Assembly: GCA_964610465.1 (NCBI GenBank)
Contig: CAZSWA010000002.1
Location: forward strand, 13,423 to 77,422
Origin: an uncultured Gammaproteobacteria bacterium
Lineage (GTDB): Bacteria; Patescibacteriota; Microgenomatia; Levybacterales; UBA12049
Direction: 5' to 3'
DNA: 64,000 nt
Of the stretch, positions 40,497-49,361 are shown in pieces. Position numbers and translations under genes: made by a program. Every line of letters begins with the position of its first letter. Position 1 is the first letter of the stretch. The notes below the pieces were generated by a model, which did no database searches, had not been told where the DNA came from, and saw nothing but the letters and a program-made list of their open reading frames with translations.

Positions 40497-40645
40497 AAAA
40501 AAAATCCCTCTTGTCAGAGGGTTAGGTATACTATTTTCTTTACAGAATACCTATCCCCTCCTTATGAAGGGAAAAGTAAAGAAAAATGCAAAAGAAGAGT
40601 TATGTATCATATAGTTATGATAGTACAAAAGATTCCGTTTTTCAA
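40497..40645 (-). promoter_or_regulatory. Attenuator A: promoter, Phe-rich leader peptide (40610-40551) and terminator
   Basis: TTGAAA-17-TATCAT-6-ATG; leader MIHNSSFAFFFTFPFIRRG*; CCCTC/GAGGG stem + T8. Confidence 0.8.
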
Positions 40646-40744
40646 GGTTCAGTTCCATCTAGTCTTTACTTGCTACCCAATTTTGAGGGTAAAACCCTGG
40701 CCTCCAGCTTGTATATCCTGCTAGAATACGCTATAATAGTTTTT

Positions 40745-41044
40745 ATGAAAGCAACTATCCATCCTAAATATTACGAAAACGCTGAGGTAATTTGTGTCTG
40801 TGGAAATAGATTTACCACAGGTTCAACAAGCCCAGTTATTCATGTGGAGCTTTGCAATAAATGCCATCCGTTTTATACCGGCAAGCAGGCTTTTATTGAT
40901 TCACGCTCAAAGATCAAGAATTTCGAAGCCAAACGTCAAGCTGCCACTCAATATCAAACCACGGTAGCCAAGAAAAAAGCTGAGGAAAAGAAAAAGACAG
41001 AAGGTCCAAAGACTCTTCGCGAAATGCTTATGGGGCTTAAATAG
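40745..41044 (+). CDS. rpmE: 50S ribosomal protein L31 (Zn-binding type, C-terminal extension)
   Basis: MKATIHPKY, CVCG, CNKCHPFYTG; start ATG 40745 after TATAAT. Confidence 0.95.
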   Translation: MKATIHPKYYENAEVICVCGNRFTTGSTSPVIHVELCNKCHPFYTGKQAFIDSRSKIKNFEAKRQAATQYQTTVAKKKAEEKKKTEGPKTLREMLMGLK

Positions 41045-41051
41045 CTCTACT

Positions 41052-41116
41052 GTCATTCTGAGCCGCTTTGGCGAACGAAGAATCCCATGAGATCCTTCGC
41101 TATCGCTCAGGATGAC
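41052..41116. repeat. Intergenic palindromic element
   Basis: GTCATTCTGAGC...GCTCAGGATGAC ends; inner CGAAGAATC/GATCCTTCG stem. Confidence 0.8.
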
Positions 41117-41128
41117 CCTAAACCTCTT

Positions 41129-42019
41129 ATGTCAGATTATAGACTCATTCAACTCCAGGAACTAGACCAAAAAATACAAGAAACCAAATCACTTCTTGAA
41201 GATCCTTCTATGGCTGAATTGGCACATCAAGAAATAGCAGATCTTGAAAACCAAAAGAAAGTAATTGAAGAAAGTCTTGAGCGTTCTACGAGTAATAATG
41301 AACAGAGTCTTGATGAAAGAAATGTGCTTTTGGAAGTAAAAGGAGCTGCGGGTGGAGATGAGGCAAAATTGTGGGCTGAAGAACTGATTCGTATGTACTT
41401 GCGCTATGCTCAAAGAAAAGGATTCAATGTCGAACTACTTGATGAAACTGTTATTAAAATAAAAGGAAGAAATGCATTTGGAAATTTTAAGTATGAAGCT
41501 GGCGTGCATCGTGTTCAAAGAATTCCTAAGACTGAGAAAAAAGGACGTATCCATACCTCAACTGCAACTGTGTCGATATTACCGGAGCTTGAAGATATTG
41601 ATATGCATATTAATCCGGAAGATATAGATTTTGAAGCATTTAGAAGCGGCGGACATGGCGGCCAAAATGTCAATAAAGTTTCAACAGCAGTAAGGATAAA
41701 ACATATCCCAACAGGAATTGTAGTTACCTCACAGGCTGAGCGTTCACAAATACAGAATCGTGAGATAGCAATGGAACTTCTTAGAGCAAAACTTTGGGAA
41801 ATGCAAATTGAAAAACAAAATAAGGAAATCTCGTCCCTTAAAGCAACTCAGGTGGGACGCGGAATGCGGGCTGAGAAAATCAAAACATATAATTTCCCGC
41901 AGGATAGACTCACAGATCACAGAATTAATAAATCCTGGAAAAATTTGCCGCTTATACTTGATGGAGATATACCTGAAGAAAAACCAACAGAAGAACAAGC
42001 TATAGGAGTGCAAGAGTAA
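41129..42019 (+). CDS. prfA: Peptide chain release factor 1
   Basis: GG.EA, EAGVHRVQRIPKT (PxT), GGQ, TYNFPQ.R.TDHR; the ORF-track start lies inside the repeat, so ATG 41129 is preferred. Confidence 0.95.
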   Translation: MSDYRLIQLQELDQKIQETKSLLEDPSMAELAHQEIADLENQKKVIEESLERSTSNNEQSLDERNVLLEVKGAAGGDEAKLWAEELIRMYLRYAQRKGFNVELLDETVIKIKGRNAFGNFKYEAGVHRVQRIPKTEKKGRIHTSTATVSILPELEDIDMHINPEDIDFEAFRSGGHGGQNVNKVSTAVRIKHIPTGIVVTSQAERSQIQNREIAMELLRAKLWEMQIEKQNKEISSLKATQVGRGMRAEKIKTYNFPQDRLTDHRINKSWKNLPLILDGDIPEEKPTEEQAIGVQE

Positions 42020-42037
42020 ATTCTTTTGATTTGAAAT

Positions 42038-43720
42038 TTACTCGAGGTATTTAAGATCTTTTTCCTTAAATTCTTTTAGAGATTCCAAGTGTTTGTCTTT
42101 AAGCATTTTTGCCACATGTCTTCCTCCTGCCAAATGCGGCATCACGACATAATCTGCTCCTGCTTTGTAGAGAATTTTTGCTTCATCTTTATCAAATGCC
42201 ATTACAACAATTTTTGCTCTATGATTGAGTCTCTGCATTGCTTCAATCATAATAAGATTGTCTTCCAAGTCTGGAACTGTTGAGATGATAAGTTTGGCTC
42301 TATCAAGTCCTATTCTTTCCTGAATTTCACCATCTGCAATATCTCCAAAAATACTTAACACTCCTTCTTCTTTAAGTTTTTTAGTAATGTCAGGATTGAA
42401 ATCGACTACCAATACTTTCTCTCCATCTCCTTCAAGAGAACGAAGAATACTCTGTCCCATTTGATGTGCCCCAACTAAGATAACATGATCTTTTAAGTCA
42501 GAAAGCTCATCTTGAGACATAGAGTGCTCCAGAGATGAACTCCCATTAAAAATATCAAGATGTTTTCCAAATTTCTTATACAAACTATTTCCGTTTTGTA
42601 AAAGATACACAGAAACTGCAAACGTAATAATCCCAACAAAAGTCAAAAGCGTAACTATTTCATTTGAGATAAAGCCAAGTTTGTTGCCCAAAAAAATCAT
42701 AATTAAACTGAATTCTGAAATTTGACTTTGGGAAATACCAGAAAGAAATGAGGTACGCTTTCTGTATCCCAGAGCAGTCACAATTGCCATTACAATGAAA
42801 GGTTTGATAATTATGACAAATAGAGACAAAATAATTCCTGGAAGAAGAATTTGGAAAAGATTAGCAAAAGTCATTTGCAATCCAAGCATTACAAAGAAAA
42901 TCGTGACAAAGAAATCCCGAAGCGAACGCATCCTGGCAATAATTTGAAAATTCTCATGCGCATTAGCAAGCGCAAGGCCTGCCAGAAGTCCTCCTATCTC
43001 AACTGAAAAACCGATAAATGGCGATGAGACAATCGCAGAAAGCAGAAAAACCCAGCCTAAACTAAAAAGAAACAAGGATTCTGAAGATTTAGCAATCATC
43101 CGGGTAAACTGTGGAAAAACTGCAGTACTTAGATACGTTGTTACTCCAAAAAGAGCAGTTACCTTAACTATGATTACACCTGTTTGTTGCAAAATATCTC
43201 CTCCACCCAATGAATGAATACTGGACAAAAAGACAATAACAAGAATGGCAAATAAATCCTGCATCAGCGTAATTCCTATGGCAATTTTCCCATGAAGCGA
43301 AGTTAAATCCTTTCTGTCAGAAAGAAATTTGACGATAATAATCGTACTTGAAAACGAAAGGGCAGTACCAATATATATTGATGGAATTTTGCCAACGCCA
43401 AGAAGCAAGGCGAGAAAAAATCCTGCGACAAAACTAAACCACATCTGAAGGGTTCCGACAATAATTGCTGATTTGCCAATGGAACGAAGTTCGGTAATTT
43501 TGAGTTCAAGACCAAGAGTAAACAAAAGAAGCGTAATGCCAAGTTGTCCAAATGCAGCAAGCGCTTCTTTGTTATCGATATGGAATAACCCCAAAGGTCC
43601 TAAGATAATTCCTGTTAGTATATATGCAAGAATAGAAGGCTGTTTGAAAAAGCGGAACACAATTGAAAAGAATGCCGCAACACAAATGATAATGGTAAGT
43701 TCAAAAAAAATACTTTCCAT
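42038..43720 (-). CDS. CPA2 (Kef-type) cation:proton antiporter with TrkA_N/RCK domain
   Basis: LLFTLGLE, SSTIII, QD, SQISEF; C-terminal G..QMG, GAD.VV.P. Confidence 0.92.
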   Translation of the reverse strand: MESIFFELTIIICVAAFFSIVFRFFKQPSILAYILTGIILGPLGLFHIDNKEALAAFGQLGITLLLFTLGLELKITELRSIGKSAIIVGTLQMWFSFVAGFFLALLLGVGKIPSIYIGTALSFSSTIIIVKFLSDRKDLTSLHGKIAIGITLMQDLFAILVIVFLSSIHSLGGGDILQQTGVIIVKVTALFGVTTYLSTAVFPQFTRMIAKSSESLFLFSLGWVFLLSAIVSSPFIGFSVEIGGLLAGLALANAHENFQIIARMRSLRDFFVTIFFVMLGLQMTFANLFQILLPGIILSLFVIIIKPFIVMAIVTALGYRKRTSFLSGISQSQISEFSLIMIFLGNKLGFISNEIVTLLTFVGIITFAVSVYLLQNGNSLYKKFGKHLDIFNGSSSLEHSMSQDELSDLKDHVILVGAHQMGQSILRSLEGDGEKVLVVDFNPDITKKLKEEGVLSIFGDIADGEIQERIGLDRAKLIISTVPDLEDNLIMIEAMQRLNHRAKIVVMAFDKDEAKILYKAGADYVVMPHLAGGRHVAKMLKDKHLESLKEFKEKDLKYLE

Positions 43721-43933
43721 CTATTCTTATGGTAACACAAAAGTTTAGAATTAAGAATTAAGAAGCAAGAAATAAGTATTCTCTTCTATATAGATGCTTT
43801 TTTACTCTGTTTTTTACAATGATGTACTTATGCTACACTTAAAATACTTATAAAACAGATATCTATTATTGCACAGAGAAGGAAAGAAAAACGAGGGATA
43901 CTACTTACTTTACTTCTCATAGCCTATATATTT

Positions 43934-44266
43934 TTGATTCTGGGAGAAATCCATTTTTTTCTTTCACAAATACTACAGTATTCACGAGTTTTTCATTTTT
44001 TTCCGATGAATCCGTTCGTTGAAATTATATACCGTTGTGTAGCTTTGTCAGAGGCGTTACTATTTGTTATTGGCGTTATTCTTTGGGATAAAAGAGTTCT
44101 ATACGCGTATGGTATCTGCTATGCACTTAATTTTGTGCTTAGTGGTATATTCTTTTTTATTTTTAACAATCGTATCCTACCTCCCGCAGGAGCATTAGTC
44201 TGGAAAATCTTTCTCTCTTTTCTTATATTTTGGATACTCAAACGCAAATGGCATCTATTTACGTAA
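43934..44266 (+). CDS. Small membrane protein (start uncertain, frame is open upstream)
   Basis: Several hydrophobic segments. Confidence 0.5.
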   Translation: MILGEIHFFLSQILQYSRVFHFFPMNPFVEIIYRCVALSEALLFVIGVILWDKRVLYAYGICYALNFVLSGIFFFIFNNRILPPAGALVWKIFLSFLIFWILKRKWHLFT

Positions 44267-44324
44267 TATGCATAGACTATCGTCAGGATATTGACTCAGC
44301 CTACTCAAATCCGCATAATGAGGT

Positions 44325-45602
44325 ATGGGGTTGATTAGGAATTATGATTCACTTGCATTAAATGATGAACGAAAAGTAGTCCTTTCCCTTATTGAAGCAG
44401 CACTCTCTTCTGTTCAGCCTAAACAAGTTCTCGAACACGAATTTGTAATCGAAAAAAATTCTCTCACTATTAAAAACGAAAAATTCGATCTTTCCAGTTA
44501 TGATCGGATTTTTCTTCTTGGGTTTGGCAAAGGATCATCTGGTATTTGTAAAATTATTGAAGAGAAATTGGGAGAGAAACTTACTCTTGGCTTTGATATT
44601 GATTTGGTCGATGAGACATTTCAAAAAGTTAAATATACCAAAGGCACTCATCCTCTGCCTTCTCAAACAAATTTTTATTTTACCAAAAATGCGCTTGATG
44701 CTATCGGGCAAACTACTGAAAAAGATTTGGTGCTAGTCGTTATCTGCGGGGGCGGGTCGGTAATGTTTGAAACGCCATATAAAGTAAGTATTGAAAAACT
44801 TACACAAGTTGTTGATGCGCTTCTTAAGTCAGGTGCAGATATTACAGAAATGAATGTAATACGAAAGCATCTATCACGGGTCAAAGGTGGAGGTCTGGCA
44901 AAACTGTTATATCCTGCAAGTGTCGCAAGTCTTATCTTTTCCGATGTGCCAGGAAATAACCTGTCGACAATCGCATCAGGACCAACGGTAAAAGACGCAA
45001 GTACTCTGCAGGATGCCGCAAATATTCTTGAAAAATATCAAATACATCAAAAAGTCGAGCTTTCAGATGATGATTTTACAGAAACAGGAAGAGAAGACAA
45101 ATATTTTGAGAAAGTCAAAAATATTCTTATCATCAGTAATCTTACAGCTCTTTCTGCAATGGAACAAAAAGCAAAAGAGATGGGATTCAAAACATTGACG
45201 ACAACTGATAGATTGCAAGGCGATGCCAGAGTCATGGGCAAACAACTTATTGACCAGGCAACTGCTGGTGAAATACTTCTTGCGGGCGGTGAAACTACAA
45301 TCAAAGTAAAAGGAACAGGCAAAGGCGGACGCAATCAGGCTTTAGTACTTAGTGCCCTTCTCTATCTTGGCAACAATACAGTTCTTGCATCATTTGGCTC
45401 AGATGGATGGGATTTTTATGGATTTGCCGGAGCAATTGGTGATAAAGAAACACTACGGAAAGCAAAAGAGCTGCAACTTGACTATAAAACATTTTTAGAT
45501 GATGATAATAGTTACGAGTTCTTTTCAAAAGAGGGTGATGGAATTGATACCGGCAAACTGGAATCAAACGTGGCGGATTTGTATATTGTGTTGAAAAAAT
45601 AG
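44325..45602 (+). CDS. Glycerate 2-kinase, MOFRL family
   Basis: GFGKG, HPLP, GGGS, VKGG.L, SDVPG, IASGPT, GGETT, GGRNQ, DG.D. Confidence 0.92.
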   Translation: MGLIRNYDSLALNDERKVVLSLIEAALSSVQPKQVLEHEFVIEKNSLTIKNEKFDLSSYDRIFLLGFGKGSSGICKIIEEKLGEKLTLGFDIDLVDETFQKVKYTKGTHPLPSQTNFYFTKNALDAIGQTTEKDLVLVVICGGGSVMFETPYKVSIEKLTQVVDALLKSGADITEMNVIRKHLSRVKGGGLAKLLYPASVASLIFSDVPGNNLSTIASGPTVKDASTLQDAANILEKYQIHQKVELSDDDFTETGREDKYFEKVKNILIISNLTALSAMEQKAKEMGFKTLTTTDRLQGDARVMGKQLIDQATAGEILLAGGETTIKVKGTGKGGRNQALVLSALLYLGNNTVLASFGSDGWDFYGFAGAIGDKETLRKAKELQLDYKTFLDDDNSYEFFSKEGDGIDTGKLESNVADLYIVLKK

Positions 45603-45677
45603 AAGCAAATTTTTAAGCATTTAGATTTTAATAAAAATTGAAAATTTCGAATTGAAAATTATTTTCATAATTCTTAT

Positions 45678-46568
45678 ATGATTGCTGAATTGTACGAAGA
45701 CAAATTGAGAGATTTGGAATTCAAAGCAAACGAAGCGCGTCAGCTTTTGATTGAATCATTAGTTGCCGCAGGTTCCGGGCATACCGGCGGACCATTGGGA
45801 CTTACTGAGATATTTATTTCATTTTATTTTCATATCCTGCGTCACGATCCAAAAAATCCTGATTGGCCTGATAGAGATAGACTTATTCTCTCAAATGGTC
45901 ATACCTGCCCTATTCGTTATACCGTTATGGCAATGGCAGGATATTTCCCAACTGAAGAATTGAAAACCTTACGACACATGGGTTCACGACTTCAAGGACA
46001 TCCTCATCGGACTGCATTACAAGGAGTTGAGACGACATCCGGTCCACTTGGTGAAGGGTTATCACAAGGAATAGGTATTGCACTTGCCGGAAAACTTGAT
46101 AAAAAAGATTATCACGTCTATGTAGTTACCTCAGATGGCGAACATCAGGAAGGCAATACCTGGGAAGCAGCGATGTTTGCGGCAAAATATCGACTGAATA
46201 ATTTAACCTTGATTGTTGATAGAAATAATATTCAAATTGATGGGACAACAGAAGACGTGATGCCGCTTGAACCTTTTGCTGATAAATATAAAGCCTTTAA
46301 CTGGAATGTGCTTGAAATCGAAGGGAATAATATCCGGGCGATTGTCAATGCTGTCAAAGAAGCACGTGCAGTGACTGAAAAACCAACTGTCATTGTCGCT
46401 GATACAGTGCCAGGAAAAGGAGTAAGTTTTATGGAGTATGATTATCGTTGGCATGGCATGCCGCCTGATCTAAAAGATATGTCCGGCGCACCACCCAAAG
46501 GCGAACAAGCCAAAAAAGCACTGGAAGAACTGAAGATGATTGAACAAAGGTTAAAAGAAATATATTAA
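45678..46568 (+). CDS. Transketolase, N-terminal subunit
   Basis: SGHTGG, DRLILSNGH, LQGHP, DGE.QEG..WEA. Confidence 0.95.
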   Translation: MIAELYEDKLRDLEFKANEARQLLIESLVAAGSGHTGGPLGLTEIFISFYFHILRHDPKNPDWPDRDRLILSNGHTCPIRYTVMAMAGYFPTEELKTLRHMGSRLQGHPHRTALQGVETTSGPLGEGLSQGIGIALAGKLDKKDYHVYVVTSDGEHQEGNTWEAAMFAAKYRLNNLTLIVDRNNIQIDGTTEDVMPLEPFADKYKAFNWNVLEIEGNNIRAIVNAVKEARAVTEKPTVIVADTVPGKGVSFMEYDYRWHGMPPDLKDMSGAPPKGEQAKKALEELKMIEQRLKEIY

Positions 46569-46600
46569 TAAGAAGATCATGCACTGACGATAGGTGAATT

Positions 46601-47596
46601 ATGCTCAATCCATATCTAAAATTAAATCTAAAATTGTTTGATGAAGACGTTACCCAAAAAGCAACGCGTGAAGGATTTGGTGATGGTCTTATGGCTCTTG
46701 GTGAATCCAATCCTAATATTGTGGTGTTAACTGCTGACTTAAGTGACTCTACTCAATGTGAGAAATTTGCGCAAAAATATCCTGAACGTTTTTTTGATTG
46801 CGGAGTTGCAGAACAAAACATGGCAGCTGTTGCGGCTGGTCTTGGCGCAACAGGTAAAATTGCATTTATCTCATCCTATGCTACCTTCTCCCCTGGAAAA
46901 AACTGGGAAACTATAAGAACTACTATTGTATATAATCAATCAAATGTAAAAATCGCTGGACATCATGCTGGTATTATGACAGGACCAGATGGTGCAACCC
47001 ATCAGGCAACTGAAGATATCGCTATAACTCGTTGCTGGCCTGATATCCAAGTATATATCCCCTGCGATAGCATTGAAGCCAAAAAAGCAACAATTGAATC
47101 TGCGAAAACTCCTCTACCTGTATATCTTCGTTATACCAGAGATAAAACTCCTGTCATGACAACTGAAGAAACTCCCTTTAGTGTTGGGAAAATTCAAGCT
47201 TTTTGGGTATCTAATACTCCTCAAGTAACTATCTTTGCCACAGGATACATGTTGTATTATGCGATGGTTGCTGCCAAAGAACTGGAAAATGAAGGTATTC
47301 AAACATTTGTTGCCAATGTCACAACCATTAAGCCGCTTGACGGAGAAAACATCATCAAACTTACTGAACAAACAAAAGCAGTAGTGACAGTTGAAGATCA
47401 TCAAGTTACAGGAGGACTCGGTAGCGCAGTTGCTGAATTTTTGGCAAAGAACAATCCCCTGCCCATGGAATTTATCGGTTTGCAGGATACGTTTGGAGAA
47501 ACAGGAACACCCAAAGAACTGATTGAAAAATATCATATGGGAATAAGTGCAATTAAAGATGCTGTCAAGAAAGTGCTTGTAAGAAAAGCAAAATAG
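46601..47596 (+). CDS. Transketolase, C-terminal subunit
   Basis: GVAEQNM, GPDGATHQ, KPLD, EDH..GGLG. Confidence 0.95.
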   Translation: MLNPYLKLNLKLFDEDVTQKATREGFGDGLMALGESNPNIVVLTADLSDSTQCEKFAQKYPERFFDCGVAEQNMAAVAAGLGATGKIAFISSYATFSPGKNWETIRTTIVYNQSNVKIAGHHAGIMTGPDGATHQATEDIAITRCWPDIQVYIPCDSIEAKKATIESAKTPLPVYLRYTRDKTPVMTTEETPFSVGKIQAFWVSNTPQVTIFATGYMLYYAMVAAKELENEGIQTFVANVTTIKPLDGENIIKLTEQTKAVVTVEDHQVTGGLGSAVAEFLAKNNPLPMEFIGLQDTFGETGTPKELIEKYHMGISAIKDAVKKVLVRKAK

Positions 47597-47611
47597 CTCT
47601 ACTATAGATAT

Positions 47612-49312
47612 ATGGATGCCCAATTAACTCCAACTTTGCAACAAACTACTCAAGCACTCGATATTCAATTGATTGAAGAATTGAAAACTCTTATCAAAGG
47701 AGATGTCGTAACTGACATTGATACATTAAATCACTTCAGTCATGATACAAGTCTTTTTGAAGTAAAGCCTCAAATCGTTGTATTTCCAAAAGATGATGAA
47801 GATGTCAAAAAGCTTATTGAATTTGTCAATAAATACAAGAAAAAATATCCTAATTTATCACTTACTGGACGTTCAGCTGGAACTGATATGAGTGGTGGAT
47901 CTATCAATGACTCTATTCTTGTAGTATTTCAAAAATATTTTACCAATCTTAAGGAAATTAAGGACAACGAAGCAACTGTTCAGCCAGGTATGTTTTATCG
48001 GGATTTTGAAAAAGCAACGTTACAGCATGGACTCCTCTTTCCTTCTTATCCTGCATCCCGTGAGATTTGTGCAATTGGGGGTATTGTCAACAACAATTCA
48101 GGTGGAGAAAAATCTTTGTGTTATGGGAAAACAGAAAATTTTGTTAGAAGATTAAAAGCAGTTTTTTCAGATGGAAATAGATATGAGATAAAACCACTTA
48201 CTGAAACAGAAGTAAAACGAAAAATGCTGAAGAAAGATTTTGAAGGAGAAGTGTATCGAAAAATGTATCACTTAATTACCAAAAACTATGACCTTCTCCA
48301 GGAAGCAAAACCGAAAGTTTCCAAAAATTCTGCAGGCTACTATCTGTGGAATGTATATAACAAAGAGAAAAAAATATTTGATTTGACTAAACTTATCGTT
48401 GGTGCGCAAGGAACTCTCTGTCTTATCACTGAAGTTACTTTAGGACTTATGCCGGTCAAACCATATAGTGAAATGATGATAATATTTTTAAACGATTTAA
48501 AACATCTGGGTGAAATTATCAATGCGGTTCTCCCTCTTAAACCTGAAACATTTGAAACTTACGATGACCATACCCTAAACCTTGCGATGAAGTTCTTCCC
48601 GGAATTTGCAGCCAAACTGGGTACAAAGAATTTTATCTCAACCGGATTTCAATTTCTTCCTGAAGTACTGATGATGGTAACCGGAGGAAAACCAAAATTG
48701 ATTCTCCAAGTCGAATTTGAAGATACCAATCCGGATATCATTAATGATAAACTTGATAAATTACAGGAAGCGTTAAAACCTTTTGGAGTTCGTACCCGTA
48801 TTGCGGGTTCTATAAAAGCAGAACAAAAGTATTGGCTTATACGAAGAGAAAGTTTTAACCTCTTAAGGCAAAAAATCCGCAATAAACATACTGCACCATT
48901 TATTGACGATTTTGCAGTACGTCCTGAGTATTTACCGGAATTTTTACCAAAACTTAATGCCTTATTTACCAAATATCCGCATCTTATTTACACAGTTGCA
49001 GGACATGTAGGAGATGGAAATTTTCATATTATTCCGCTTATGAATATCGAAGACCCCAAGCAGCGTGAGATAATTCCGGTTCTTGGCAAGGAAGTATATG
49101 ATTTGGTAATCCAATACAAAGGAACCATCACCGCAGAACATAATGACGGGCTTATTCGTACACCTTATCTTCACCAGATGTATGGAGATAAAGTCTATAA
49201 GCTATTTGAAGAAACTAAAAATATTTTTGATCCCCATCATATATTTAATCCCCGTAAAAAAGTGTTTGGAGATTTAGACTTTGCCATGAGCCACGTAAGA
49301 ACCAGCTGGTAG
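47612..49312 (+). CDS. FAD-binding oxidoreductase (GlcD/D-lactate dehydrogenase-like)
   Basis: RSAGT..SG, GG.VNNN, GAQGTL, GHVGDGNFH, AEHNDG, NP.K. Confidence 0.9.
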   Translation: MDAQLTPTLQQTTQALDIQLIEELKTLIKGDVVTDIDTLNHFSHDTSLFEVKPQIVVFPKDDEDVKKLIEFVNKYKKKYPNLSLTGRSAGTDMSGGSINDSILVVFQKYFTNLKEIKDNEATVQPGMFYRDFEKATLQHGLLFPSYPASREICAIGGIVNNNSGGEKSLCYGKTENFVRRLKAVFSDGNRYEIKPLTETEVKRKMLKKDFEGEVYRKMYHLITKNYDLLQEAKPKVSKNSAGYYLWNVYNKEKKIFDLTKLIVGAQGTLCLITEVTLGLMPVKPYSEMMIIFLNDLKHLGEIINAVLPLKPETFETYDDHTLNLAMKFFPEFAAKLGTKNFISTGFQFLPEVLMMVTGGKPKLILQVEFEDTNPDIINDKLDKLQEALKPFGVRTRIAGSIKAEQKYWLIRRESFNLLRQKIRNKHTAPFIDDFAVRPEYLPEFLPKLNALFTKYPHLIYTVAGHVGDGNFHIIPLMNIEDPKQREIIPVLGKEVYDLVIQYKGTITAEHNDGLIRTPYLHQMYGDKVYKLFEETKNIFDPHHIFNPRKKVFGDLDFAMSHVRTSW

Positions 49313-49361
49313 AAATTGTTGCAAAGTTTTTTATTGGAGAATCAATAATCCCTCGTTGTTC

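Noticed and set aside
40586-40744. N-terminal extension of L31 in the ORF track
   Set aside because: The true start is ATG 40745 after TATAAT; the extension overlaps attenuator A on the other strand
41087-41128. N-terminal extension of RF1 (MRSFAIAQDD)
   Set aside because: It comes from the palindromic repeat; ATG 41129 is more plausible
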